A stretch of DNA of 64,000 nt, from the NCBI GenBank assembly GCA_964460115.1, contig CAYWPR010000010.1:55275-119274 (forward strand), read 5' to 3'. The translations under genes were made by a program, and so were the position numbers. This document shows, one piece after another, positions 38,656-48,048 of this stretch. Source of the stretch: an uncultured Myxococcales bacterium. GTDB taxonomy: Bacteria > Myxococcota_A > Polyangia > Palsa-1104 > JAEUJZ01. The stretch's first letter is position 1, and every line of letters begins with the position of its first letter. The notes under the pieces were generated by a model. The model saw only the letters and a program-made list of their open reading frames with translations, ran no database searches and was not told the origin of the DNA.

Positions 38656-39129
38656 TTATCGCTTCTGCAGCTCTTTATTTAAGTACTCGCGCTGCTCCGC
38701 AATAAGGATGGTATGCAAGTGCTCTAGACCGTCTAGAATTCGGCGCTGTTCTCCCGGAGAAAGCCCCAAGATCTCGTCTGCAAGAGGCGCTGCATCGAAT
38801 CGTTCTTTGGCCAAGATTGAAAGTGCTATCTCGATGCGTGGACCGCGCCCGCCCAGCCGCTCGGAAAGCAATGCAAAGATTGGCGCTGCTTCCACATGCT
38901 GCCGTTCGTTTAGTTCTAAGCCCGGCAAAATTCCATCGATCGAAAGCCTGCCGGCCCCTGTGCCATTGTCCGACCTGGTGTAGCCAGACCGGTGGCCAGC
39001 TGCCCCACCGCATCGATGGTTTGCGCAGCCGGCCCGGCCACGGCCGAAAAACCAGGCAACGCATCGAAGCACTTTAAAGGCTAGAACGCCCACTACAAAT
39101 CCAAAGAGCATCGAACAGCACATGCGCAC
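38656..39129 (-). CDS. Spy/CpxP-family periplasmic protein (LTXXQ-like).
   Basis: Signal peptide and a helical domain with an LSPGEQRRILDGLEHLH-type repeat, resembling periplasmic stress chaperones or heavy-metal sensors. Confidence 0.5.
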   Translation of the reverse strand: MRMCCSMLFGFVVGVLAFKVLRCVAWFFGRGRAGCANHRCGGAAGHRSGYTRSDNGTGAGRLSIDGILPGLELNERQHVEAAPIFALLSERLGGRGPRIEIALSILAKERFDAAPLADEILGLSPGEQRRILDGLEHLHTILIAEQREYLNKELQKR

Positions 39130-39477
39130 CTCCTATTGACCGTCTTGCCGGTACTCGTAGCATTCATACAGAAGCCGACATTGGGCTCCGGGTGGAGCAA
39201 GCTTCTCGCTACGGCTTCTGAATTGAAACTATGCAGCCGATGTGAAGGGCGCATTGGGCGTACGTAAAGATCTGTAAAGCGCGTCCGCGTTTGCCATGCC
39301 TCCCGTCGCCAAGCTCGATGATTTGCGGCGCAGCGCCGCGCTCTTTAATCAGGAAAGGGCGCGATCGTCAGTTTTTTTCGCATCTACGCAAAATGCTTGA
39401 AAAAGTGCGGAAGCAGGAAGCGGCTGGGAGGGATGTACGATAATCGGTTAAGATGATCGCGAGTAGGAACAGGCACG

Positions 39478-42400
39478 ATGAACGTTTTAGCGCCGGAAAT
39501 GCTGATCGCCAAGCGATTCGCGATCGAGACTCTCGCCAACACCGGCGGCATGGGGGCAGTTTATAGAGCCAAAGATTTGCAATCGGGCGATCTGGTTGCG
39601 ATTAAGGTTCTGCATGTTTCCGTTGGAACCCTTGATGAGGCCGACCGCTTTGCGCGCGAAGTGCAGATTTTGGCCGAACTTCGCCACCCAGCCATCGTGT
39701 CCTACATCTCGCATGGCGTACTCGAAACCGGCCAGCCTTATATGGTGATGGAATGGCTGGCCGGCGAGGAACTGTCGCGGCGGCTCAGCCGTGGACCGCT
39801 GTCGCCGCGAGAAAGCCTGATGCTGATTCGCCGAATCACCCAGGCGCTGTCCGTGGCCCACCAGCGCCGCATCATTCACCGCGATATCAAACCGGCGAAT
39901 CTGATTTTGCGCAACGACGCGATTGAGCAAGTGACCCTGCTCGATTTTGGCGTCGCCCGTCGCACCACGCTGACCGAGTCGATGACTCGAACGGGATTTA
40001 TCATCGGCACGCCAGAGTACATGGCGCCGGAGCAAGCCCGCGGCCAACGCGAAATCACGCCCAGCGCCGATATCTTTTCTTTGGGCTGCGTCTTCTTTGA
40101 GTGTTTGACCGGCCAGCCTCCCTTTACGGCCGACCTGGCGGCAGGGGTCATGGCCAAAATTCTCTTTGAGCCGGCCCCACTGCTGCGCTCTTTGCGCCCC
40201 GATTTGCCAGAGTCGCTAGACTTGCTGCTCGCTGCCATGTTGGAAAAAGATCCAGCAGCGCGACCGCAAGACGCCAGTGAACTCTTGCAGGCCATGGCGT
40301 CTTTAGACGCCAACATCAGTGAGATATCGGTGCGCGCCAGCCAGGCGGTACGGCCTGTGCGTCAAGTCACTCCCGCCGAGCAACAACTGGTTAGCGTGCT
40401 TCTGGCCCATATTCCAAGTCTAGTTCCCGGTGGAGATTCCGAAACCACGGCCGTAGCGCCGGGCGACAGCGATGAAGCCAAAGCATTTGTGCGCGCGCTA
40501 AACGCCTTTGGCGCCAAGGTCGAGATTTTGGCCGACGGTTCGATCATCGCGACGGTGACCCAAGGGCGGCATATGACCGCCACCGATCAAGTGGCGCAAG
40601 CTGCCCGCTGCGCATTGGCGCTACGCCAACGCTTTCCGGATGCCATCAGCACACTGACCACCGGTCGCGGACTGCTTGGCGGGCAGCGACCTTTTGGCGA
40701 CGCCATTGAACGCTCGGCCCGTCTGCTGAAGCAAAGCTTAGGCAGCGAGCCCCCCCCCCTTGGCAATTCCGGCGAAGTGATCTTTTTGGATGAAGTCACC
40801 GCAGTCCTTCTCGACACGCGCTTTGAGACACGGCGCCTCGAAGGCGGAATCTTTGCACTCCGGGGAGAAAGGGTCAGCATCAACGCTGGACGGTCGCTGC
40901 TTGGTCGTCCGACTCCCTTTATCGGTCGCGACCGAGAACTTTCCGTCTTAGACCTTCTATATGCCGAGTGTCGAGACGACGCCACACCTCGCGTTGTTCT
41001 TGTAACGGCGGCGGCCGGGATGGGCAAATCGCGGCTGCGTTACGAGTTTTTGCATCGGCTGGCGGCCCGCCGTGAGCCCATGCAGCTTATGATGAGCCGC
41101 GGCGATCCGCTGACCACAGGCTCTCCGTATGCGCTGCTCGGGCAGGCAGTACGTTATCTGTGCAACATCAGCGAAGGGCAAAGTCCCTTCGTGCAACGCA
41201 GCAAGCTGGCCCAACATATACAAAGCCGGCTGCCGCAAAAAGACGCCAGCCGGGTCGAAGAATTTTTGGGCGAGCTGTGCGGAGTCCCGGCATTTGGCGA
41301 ACCAAGTGCAAAACTTCTGACCGCACGTCATGACGAACGCGTCATGACCGAACAATTGCATCACGCGCTCATTGAACTTTTGCGTGCGGAATGCGATCGT
41401 CATCCCCTGCTTTTGGTGCTGGAAGATCTGCATTGGGGAGACACGCCGACCGTGCGCCTGGTCGATGCCGCGCTGCGCGAACTTTCCGGCTGCAGCTTGA
41501 TGGTCCTAGCCCTGGCGCGACCGGAAATCGAATTGGTTTTTCCGCGGCTGTGGATTGAGCGCCGACGTCAGGATTTGCGACTGGAAGGTTTAAGCCGCAA
41601 AGCCAGCGAGCGGCTTGTGCACGCAGCGCTTGGTGACAACGTTTCCAAATCGGTCACCGCGCGCGTCATTGAGCAATCCGCCGGCAATGCTCTATTTTTG
41701 GAAGAACTGATTCGCGCCGTTGCCGAAGGCAAGGGCCATGAACTACCGGAAACCGTTCTGGCCATGTTGCAGTCGCGACTTTTGCGGTTGGAACCGCCGG
41801 CACGGCGGGTGCTACGTGGCGCCAGCATCTTAGGACAATCGTTTGCACGCAGCGCACTAGTGGCCGTGCTGCGTACCGAGCATGGCGTCATCGACCTAGA
41901 TCATTGGCTGCATATGCTCACCGATGCCGAAATCCTGGAGCTACAGCGGGAACCGGCGGAGTCTCAGGATCCGCAGTACCGTTTTCGCCATGCGCTGCTT
42001 CGCGATGCCGCCTACAGCCTGCTTACCTCCGACCATCAAAAATTAGGACATCGTCTAGCCGCGGCGTATCTTGAACAGCTTGATGATAGCGATCCGGTCG
42101 TCATGGCTGATCACTATGAACGCGGCGGGGATCTAGCACGGGCCAGCAGTCTGTACCTGCGCGCTGCCGAACTGGCCCACAGGCGCGGCGATGGCGACAC
42201 CGCGGTAGCATTGGGAAGACGCGGCCTGATTTGCGCCCCCGATGAAATCGTTCGAATCGGTCTGCTTGTCGTCCTGTGTCAGGTGTATCTGTGGCGCAAT
42301 CAGTGGGCCCTGGCGGCCGAGTTTGCCGAAGATCTATTGCAGCTTTCTTCTCCGGGAAGTCCGGCGTGGGCCATCGGCGCAACGGCGATGCTGGTTCACG

Positions 42401-43419
42401 TGCGTCATACCGAACGCGATCAGTTTGTCGAAATGCTTGAGTCCATTCTGCATGTAGAACCCGAGATCGATGCCATCGGAATGATGGCCTTCGCGCTGAG
42501 CATCGGCGTCTACCTGCTGGACTCTCAAGGCGCATTTGCGCAGGCCGAGCTTTGTGTACGCCGCCTGCATGAAATCGTCGAACCGGTTGCGATGCACAAT
42601 CCGATTGCGCGCGGCTGGATGCACAGCGCGCATGCGCATCGAGAAGCATGGGTTGCAGAAAATCCGTGGGCCGGATTGGTATCTGCGCAGAGCATGCAAG
42701 AAAGCTTTCTGGAAGCCAATCACATCCGCGGCGCTCTAGATGCACAGGTTTTCATCGGCATGAATGCCTGGTGCTTGGGCGCCACAGAATGGGCCGAGCG
42801 AGAACTGCGCGCAACGCTGCCTATTGGCGAAAACTTAGGCCTTGTGTCTTCGCTGCGCACCTTCCTTTTTGTTCGCGTACTCTGCGAACGGGGCGAATTT
42901 GCCGAAGCAGAGCTCGAAGCGCGCGCGCTTTCCGAGCGCCATCAGTCTACAACCGGTCTAGCGCGAGGACTTGGACAATGGGCGCTTGGAGAGGTCCTTA
43001 CGCATCAAGGCAAGCACAGTGCAGCCATTGTGCTTTTGGCGCAAGCGCTTGCTAGCCTCAAAGAGTCTCCGCTTGATACTGCAGCCGTGTACGTCAGCTT
43101 GGCGCGGGCCTATTTATTAGCGGGACAGACAAGCGCCGCGCTACGAAATGCCGAAGAAGCGCTTCGTCAGTTCACAGAGCTTACTACCTTCGGCCTGCGC
43201 GGTCTTTCGGCCCAGGCCGTTTATGCAGAGGCGCTTTTGGCCAGCGGTAACCCCCAGGCAGCGGCCGACGTGGCGACCAAAGCTTGCGAACGGCTGGCGC
43301 GCCAGGCCGAACAAATCGGGAACGCGCAATTTCGCCAAAGCTTCCTTTGCAATGTGCCAGAGCACAGACGACTTCGAGAACTGGCCAAAGCCGAAAAAGC
43401 CGCGATGCCATCCGCCTAG
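39478..43419 (+). CDS. Multidomain Ser/Thr kinase - AAA/STAND ATPase - TPR protein (PknK-like).
   Basis: N-terminal Hanks kinase (AIKVL, HRDIKPANLIL, DFGVAR, APE). A central P-loop NTPase (LVTAAAGMGKSRL; Walker B LLLVLEDLHW). A C-terminal roughly 500-aa TPR-like helical solenoid. Confidence 0.9.
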   Translation: MNVLAPEMLIAKRFAIETLANTGGMGAVYRAKDLQSGDLVAIKVLHVSVGTLDEADRFAREVQILAELRHPAIVSYISHGVLETGQPYMVMEWLAGEELSRRLSRGPLSPRESLMLIRRITQALSVAHQRRIIHRDIKPANLILRNDAIEQVTLLDFGVARRTTLTESMTRTGFIIGTPEYMAPEQARGQREITPSADIFSLGCVFFECLTGQPPFTADLAAGVMAKILFEPAPLLRSLRPDLPESLDLLLAAMLEKDPAARPQDASELLQAMASLDANISEISVRASQAVRPVRQVTPAEQQLVSVLLAHIPSLVPGGDSETTAVAPGDSDEAKAFVRALNAFGAKVEILADGSIIATVTQGRHMTATDQVAQAARCALALRQRFPDAISTLTTGRGLLGGQRPFGDAIERSARLLKQSLGSEPPPLGNSGEVIFLDEVTAVLLDTRFETRRLEGGIFALRGERVSINAGRSLLGRPTPFIGRDRELSVLDLLYAECRDDATPRVVLVTAAAGMGKSRLRYEFLHRLAARREPMQLMMSRGDPLTTGSPYALLGQAVRYLCNISEGQSPFVQRSKLAQHIQSRLPQKDASRVEEFLGELCGVPAFGEPSAKLLTARHDERVMTEQLHHALIELLRAECDRHPLLLVLEDLHWGDTPTVRLVDAALRELSGCSLMVLALARPEIELVFPRLWIERRRQDLRLEGLSRKASERLVHAALGDNVSKSVTARVIEQSAGNALFLEELIRAVAEGKGHELPETVLAMLQSRLLRLEPPARRVLRGASILGQSFARSALVAVLRTEHGVIDLDHWLHMLTDAEILELQREPAESQDPQYRFRHALLRDAAYSLLTSDHQKLGHRLAAAYLEQLDDSDPVVMADHYERGGDLARASSLYLRAAELAHRRGDGDTAVALGRRGLICAPDEIVRIGLLVVLCQVYLWRNQWALAAEFAEDLLQLSSPGSPAWAIGATAMLVHVRHTERDQFVEMLESILHVEPEIDAIGMMAFALSIGVYLLDSQGAFAQAELCVRRLHEIVEPVAMHNPIARGWMHSAHAHREAWVAENPWAGLVSAQSMQESFLEANHIRGALDAQVFIGMNAWCLGATEWAERELRATLPIGENLGLVSSLRTFLFVRVLCERGEFAEAELEARALSERHQSTTGLARGLGQWALGEVLTHQGKHSAAIVLLAQALASLKESPLDTAAVYVSLARAYLLAGQTSAALRNAEEALRQFTELTTFGLRGLSAQAVYAEALLASGNPQAAADVATKACERLARQAEQIGNAQFRQSFLCNVPEHRRLRELAKAEKAAMPSA

Positions 43420-43448
43420 ATCAATTACTTTTCAGGGAGCTGCATCGG

Positions 43449-43454
43449 TATAAT
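43449..43454 (+). promoter_or_regulatory. Canonical TATAAT -10 hexamer 36 nt upstream of the secreted-protein gene at 43490.
   Basis: A perfect sigma-70 -10 consensus in a GC-rich genome, although the -35 is poor. Confidence 0.35.
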
Positions 43455-43489
43455 GGCTAAAGCCGCAGGCAGCGGCGGACTCGGAGCAT

Positions 43490-43945
43490 ATGATGAACAA
43501 ATCAGCCCGCAAGCTTCTTAGCAGTTCCATGGCCCGCGGCTCGCTTTTGGCCTTTTGCTTGAGCACAGCTAGCTGCTTTGCCGTCCATGTAAACATTCAA
43601 AATGCCGCCCCCGGCATCGGCTATTCGCAGTGGGTACATGGTTGGCTGTGGGGAGCCATCGGCGGTCAGGCCAATGCGTCGCTTTGTAGCGGCCGACAAG
43701 TAGCAAGTGTCAGCACGCATCACTCTATAGGCAATGTGCTGGCATTCCTATTTACGCTAGGAATCTACAGTCCGGTCTCGGTCAGCATTCAATGCGGACA
43801 GCCGATAAATTACGGAGCCTATCCACCGCCGCCTTCGTATCAACCGACGCCGCAGCCCTATAGTCCCACAGCCTATCCGCCACCGCCAGCGCAGCCGTAT
43901 CCGCCTCAGCCGTATCCGCCCCAGCCGTATCCGCCCCAGCCGTAA
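43490..43945 (+). CDS. Small secreted Cys-containing protein with a C-terminal (PQPYP)n tail.
   Basis: Signal peptide MMNKSARKLLSSSMARGSLLAFCLSTASCFA, and a C-terminal YPPPPAQPYPPQPYPPQPYPPQP. Confidence 0.55.
   Translation: MMNKSARKLLSSSMARGSLLAFCLSTASCFAVHVNIQNAAPGIGYSQWVHGWLWGAIGGQANASLCSGRQVASVSTHHSIGNVLAFLFTLGIYSPVSVSIQCGQPINYGAYPPPPSYQPTPQPYSPTAYPPPPAQPYPPQPYPPQPYPPQP
43892..43942 (+). repeat. 15-nt tandem repeat (about 3.4 copies) encoding PQPYP.
   Basis: cagccgtatccgcc(t/c) x3, then cagccgtaa. Confidence 0.8.
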
Positions 43946-43960
43946 ATGTTAAGACCGCGC

Positions 43961-45238
43961 CTATTCGTAGCGCAGTGCAATCACTGGATTTAGGGATGCC
44001 GCGCGCCATGCGGGATATAGGCCGAAGCCAAGGCCGCATAAGGTCGTGCTCGTTAAAGCCAGAACGATGGCCCAAAGTTCGTAATGTGGAAGCCACGGAC
44101 TAAGATATGCGGTCAGGACCTTGCTAATCAAAAACAGCAGACTGATTCCACCCAAAATTCCCAGAATTCCGCCAATTCCTGCGATTAGCACGGATTCCAG
44201 CAGAAATTGGTTCAAAATATTGCCGCGTGTGGCCCCTAGCGCCCGCCGGATGCCAATTTCGCGCGTACGCTCAGTGACTGTAACAAGCATGATGTTCATG
44301 ATGTTGATGCCGCCAGCCACAAGCGACAGCCCAGCGGTACAAAGCATCAGAACGTTGATGACTAGAAAAATCATCTCTTCCTGCTGCTTGGATTCTAAGT
44401 TGCGATCGACTTTGAAGTTTTCGACGCCATAGTGACGGCGCAAAAGCAGGGCCTGGGTCATTCGGCGCACCGGATCCAGAATGGATAGCAGCGTTTTTCC
44501 CGGCGAAAAAGTGCGCAGAAACAAGCGGTCCAGCCGGCGCGATCCAGTGGCCACGGCTTGCAATGTGGTAAGCGGAACGATCGCCCGTCCATCCCAAGTC
44601 ATGCCGCGCAAGCCGCCACCCCCTAATACCGGCTTGTGCGCCAAAACTCCCACCACCTGATAGCGCACTTTTTCGATGGTGATTGAGACCGCTGACAGAT
44701 CCGTTGTCTGCTGTAGCAGGTCTTTCCACAATTCATAGCCGATGACGCATACGCGGCGCCGTTCGCGCAGGTCGGTCGCATCAAGGAATCGTCCATGAAG
44801 AATGCGCAAATGATAAAGGTCCAGACTACGTTCGGAAGCGCCAAATAGCATCAGCTTCTGCTTCTGGCCCTGATAGCGGGCGGTCTTTTCGTAAAATTGC
44901 AGAATGCCCTCTGCTGCAGCCAAGTGCAGCGCCGGACTTTCCGCCAGCGCCGCCATGTCCGCGGTGTCAAGCTTTCGCGCAGTACGCTGCCTTTGCGCCT
45001 GCGCCGCCGCAGCTTGATCGACGCGCACGACATCGGCGTCAGTGATTCCTTGGCTGGTGGCGCGCAGCGCTTCTTCACCACCAGCCAAAAGTCCCGCCAA
45101 CAGCACCAACGAGCCGGCACCAATGATCATGCCGAGCAAAGTCAGCAAGCTACGGCCTTTGTTGCGTCGTAGCGTGGAAAAGGTCGCACCAAGTTGCGCC
45201 AAATCAAAAAGAGTCCGTATACTCTGAAAAGCAGCCAT
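43961..45238 (-). CDS. ABC transporter permease, MacB/FtsX type.
   Basis: An N-terminal TM helix, a large periplasmic MacB_PCD-like domain and a C-terminal FtsX 3-TM bundle (TERTREIGIRRALGATRGNIL). Confidence 0.85.
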   Translation of the reverse strand: MAAFQSIRTLFDLAQLGATFSTLRRNKGRSLLTLLGMIIGAGSLVLLAGLLAGGEEALRATSQGITDADVVRVDQAAAAQAQRQRTARKLDTADMAALAESPALHLAAAEGILQFYEKTARYQGQKQKLMLFGASERSLDLYHLRILHGRFLDATDLRERRRVCVIGYELWKDLLQQTTDLSAVSITIEKVRYQVVGVLAHKPVLGGGGLRGMTWDGRAIVPLTTLQAVATGSRRLDRLFLRTFSPGKTLLSILDPVRRMTQALLLRRHYGVENFKVDRNLESKQQEEMIFLVINVLMLCTAGLSLVAGGINIMNIMLVTVTERTREIGIRRALGATRGNILNQFLLESVLIAGIGGILGILGGISLLFLISKVLTAYLSPWLPHYELWAIVLALTSTTLCGLGFGLYPAWRAASLNPVIALRYE

Positions 45239-45250
45239 GGCGTTTGTTTC

Positions 45251-46486
45251 TTAGCCCTCTGTGCGAATCGCCAAAATGGGATCGATACGGCTGGCTCGCC
45301 TGGCCGGCACATAGCCGAAAAGGACACCGATTCCTAAGGCCACGCCCAGCGCCAAAACTGCGGCCGGCTCAGACAGGATGATGATCCAGCTTGGTTTGTA
45401 ATGCTGAATGATAAGTCCGCCAAGCAGACCACCAAGCAGACCGAGTCCGACCCCTAAAAAGCCGCCAAGGCTCGACAGCAGAATCGCTTCCAGCAGAAAC
45501 TGCCGGCCGATGTCCGAAGGACTGGCCCCGAGGGCTTTGCGGATGCCGATCTCGCGGACCCGTTCGGACACCGATACGAGCATCATGTTCATGATTCCGA
45601 CTCCGCCAACTAAAAGTGCGATTCCGGCCAGAAGGCTGACAATGACCTTCATGATTCGAACTATTTTTTCGAATTCTTCGGTAAAGCTTTTGTGAAAATT
45701 CAGCAGGTTGAAGTCGTTTAGACCGTGGTGCCGCTCGCGAATCAGTACGTTGATGAGCCGAACCAGAACTTCATTGTTGCTGGGATGGTCGCTGTGCAAA
45801 AGCAGCCAGCGGTTTTTCTGCAAAGCGGATCCCACTCGATCGGCCAAGGTTTCGATGGGCAAGGCGACGACTTCGTCCCAATCCCAACCAAAGCCGACTT
45901 CTGTACGATCGACTTTGGCCAGCCTGCCGATGACCAGACAGCGCAATCCTTTGATCGTAATCAAGCGGCCAAGTGCTTTAGGTCCTGATTGTTCAAGCTT
46001 CTCGGCAAGACTATCGCCAAGCACGCAAACGCGCCGGTGCTCGCGCTGATCCTGGGCATCAAAAAAACGTCCTTCGGAAATGCGATACTTAAAAAAGCTG
46101 AAGAACTCGGGGTCGGTTCCGACCACATCGGCAAGCAGCTTCTGTCCCGTATCGCTAAACAAGTCTTGGCGCGACTCATCGGCCACCAAAGTCATGCCCT
46201 GCAGATGGGGCAGCGTAGTGATGGTTTGCAGGTCCTGGCGCGAAATACCGCTCCAATAAGATGCTTGGCGGGCCGGCTCATCGGGTTGGCGGCTCCATAA
46301 GGCGAGGATCCGCGCCCCTCCCACTTCTTCGATGCCGGCATTTAATGTTGCAAATCCCGCTTCGGCCAGCGAGCTCATAAAAACGATAGAAAAGACGCCA
46401 ATGGTGATTGAACCGACTGTCAGCAGAGAGCGAAATTTTTGACCGTAAAGAATCGCCCAGGCAATACGCAGGTATTCGAGCCACAT
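45251..46486 (-). CDS. ABC transporter permease, MacB/FtsX type (second copy).
   Basis: Same architecture, with SERVREIGIRKALGASPSDI. The start is at the internal ATG (cat 46484-46486). Confidence 0.85.
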   Translation of the reverse strand: MWLEYLRIAWAILYGQKFRSLLTVGSITIGVFSIVFMSSLAEAGFATLNAGIEEVGGARILALWSRQPDEPARQASYWSGISRQDLQTITTLPHLQGMTLVADESRQDLFSDTGQKLLADVVGTDPEFFSFFKYRISEGRFFDAQDQREHRRVCVLGDSLAEKLEQSGPKALGRLITIKGLRCLVIGRLAKVDRTEVGFGWDWDEVVALPIETLADRVGSALQKNRWLLLHSDHPSNNEVLVRLINVLIRERHHGLNDFNLLNFHKSFTEEFEKIVRIMKVIVSLLAGIALLVGGVGIMNMMLVSVSERVREIGIRKALGASPSDIGRQFLLEAILLSSLGGFLGVGLGLLGGLLGGLIIQHYKPSWIIILSEPAAVLALGVALGIGVLFGYVPARRASRIDPILAIRTEG

Positions 46487-46607
46487 TCTGTGCAAAACAC
46501 AATACCGCAAACGGCCCGCGGCTTGGAACGGGTGTAGCTGTGAGCGACGGGCACATTTCTTGGTCAAAGGCGCACACGAAGCTCTTATAATAAAATCGGG
46601 AGTAGCC

Positions 46608-46913
46608 GTGGCCACTGATTCTGATTGCGAGCCGACTGAAAAAGATGAGCTGCTGGTTCTGCGACAACGCGTCGCCGCGCTGGAAAAAGAGCTTGCCGAG
46701 CACCGCGCAAACCAAGCTCCCTGGAAAAATTACCGAATCGCCGTCGAAGCGACTTCCGAAGGGGTGGCCTTTATAAGCAATGAAGGCATCTATACCTACA
46801 TGAACCGTGCGCATGCCGAACTGCACGGCTATGAGCATCCGGACCAAATGCTTGAAATGTCATGGTCATGCCGCTTATCGGCAAGATCGATTCAAGACGG
46901 GCGCAACAAGTGA
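46608..46913 (+). CDS. Short coiled-coil + partial PAS ORF. It is a possible 5' remnant of an RsbR-like gene, so is better treated as a candidate pseudogene fragment.
   Basis: GTG 46608 with a GGGAG SD. It encodes a coiled-coil (LLVLRQRVAALEKELAE) and the first roughly 40 aa of a PAS fold (EATSEGVAFISNEGIYTYMNRAHAELHGYE), and it ends 50 nt inside the next ORF in another frame. Confidence 0.4.
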   Translation: MATDSDCEPTEKDELLVLRQRVAALEKELAEHRANQAPWKNYRIAVEATSEGVAFISNEGIYTYMNRAHAELHGYEHPDQMLEMSWSCRLSARSIQDGRNK

Positions 46914-47179
46914 TAGAAACGCTGCTTTCCGGACTGACAAAAAGCCGGGCGCGCATGGCAATCGTCGATATTACCGGGGTGCAGGTGGTGGATACCTATG
47001 TCGCCAATACACTATTGCGAGCAGCGCAGGCGGTGCGTCTGCTTGGTGCGCAGGTGGTCTTGACGGGTATACGCTCTGAAGTTGCGCAGACGCTTGTAGG
47101 ATTGGGCGTGGATCTGGGCAAAATTATCACAAGCAGCAATCTTCAGGTGGCCATTGCCCATGCGCTAAAAAGCCGCTAG
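46862..47179 (+). CDS. STAS-domain protein (RsbS / anti-sigma-factor-antagonist-like).
   Basis: PLIGKIDSRRAQQ ... MAIVDITGVQVVDTYVANTLL ... GAQVVLTGIRSEVAQTLVGLGVDL matches RsbS/RsbR STAS (VVIDLTSV...GAKVVLTGIQP.VA.TL.ELGI). Confidence 0.75.
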   Translation: MVMPLIGKIDSRRAQQVIETLLSGLTKSRARMAIVDITGVQVVDTYVANTLLRAAQAVRLLGAQVVLTGIRSEVAQTLVGLGVDLGKIITSSNLQVAIAHALKSR

Positions 47180-47184
47180 CAGAT

Positions 47185-48048
47185 TTATTCTAAATTCATG
47201 GGACAGCGGCGCGCGTGTGCTGGGCCAAGGTCGGCGATTTCGTAGCCGCCAGGATAGCTCAATACAGCAGGCGGCCGATTGGCGCGGGATTTCGAGCTCG
47301 GCGGACAATGGCGCAAAATTCGAGCGCGCAGGCCTAGCGCTTTGTCGATGGCAATTCGCAGCGGGCGCGGAGCGGGCGCAAGTCCCAGAGCGGCCAAAAG
47401 CGGCTCGTCAAGAAGCGCACGAACAATAGGGCGAATGAACGGACGTACGGATTTGGGCACACGCTCTTCAAAAATTTGCAGCGTTGCCAGCGCCACCCGA
47501 TGATTTGTTTCGGTGTAGCGAAAATGGCTGCGTTCATAATCGTCTAGGAATTGCGAAAACTCCGCAAAACTTGTGGGAAGATTGCGAATTCCCATAAGCT
47601 GCCCCACCCGCCGATGCAAAGCCACAGAGGCGCGGATTTCTTGGTCGCTCATTTTGCGCCAGCCATAACGATCGATCCAGCGTTTCGGAGTCACGACAAA
47701 CGCGGCAAGAGTATAAATATAGTCGTCGTTCGAAATGTCATAAACGCTGTGAATTCGATTCAACTGGCGAATGGCCTCGCGTCCACTCGGTGAATCGGGC
47801 CCACCCAGAATGTGATACAGAAGCAAAGCGGTATCATCGAAGCGTTTCTGCCCGCGCTGCGCAAATTCACCTGTGCTGTCGAGAAGGGCGCTAATCGTCG
47901 GAATGCCATAGGTACGGAAAAGTGCGAGCTCAAGCGCAACCATGACATCCAAGCGAAAATCGAGTCGGCGAAGCTGCGCGATCTCCTGCCAGTCGCGCTC
48001 GGGATCGAGCTTTTGAATTCTGTGAAGCTGGGCATATCGATTCAGCAC
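47185..48048 (-). CDS. DUF2236 / MpaB-family oxygenase.
   Basis: The LELALFRTYGIPTISALL...RQLNRIHS...DDYIYTLAAF pattern is characteristic of the ER-bound oxygenase MpaB / rubber-oxygenase-like DUF2236 family. Confidence 0.65.
   Translation of the reverse strand: MLNRYAQLHRIQKLDPERDWQEIAQLRRLDFRLDVMVALELALFRTYGIPTISALLDSTGEFAQRGQKRFDDTALLLYHILGGPDSPSGREAIRQLNRIHSVYDISNDDYIYTLAAFVVTPKRWIDRYGWRKMSDQEIRASVALHRRVGQLMGIRNLPTSFAEFSQFLDDYERSHFRYTETNHRVALATLQIFEERVPKSVRPFIRPIVRALLDEPLLAALGLAPAPRPLRIAIDKALGLRARILRHCPPSSKSRANRPPAVLSYPGGYEIADLGPAHARRCPMNLE

Noticed and set aside
39190-39245. Hairpin CAGAAGCCG-N37-CGGCTTCTG in the divergent region between the Spy-like gene and the big kinase.
   Set aside because: There is no following T-run. 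It lies between divergent gene starts rather than after a stop, so it is not a terminator. It could be an operator, but the evidence is too thin.
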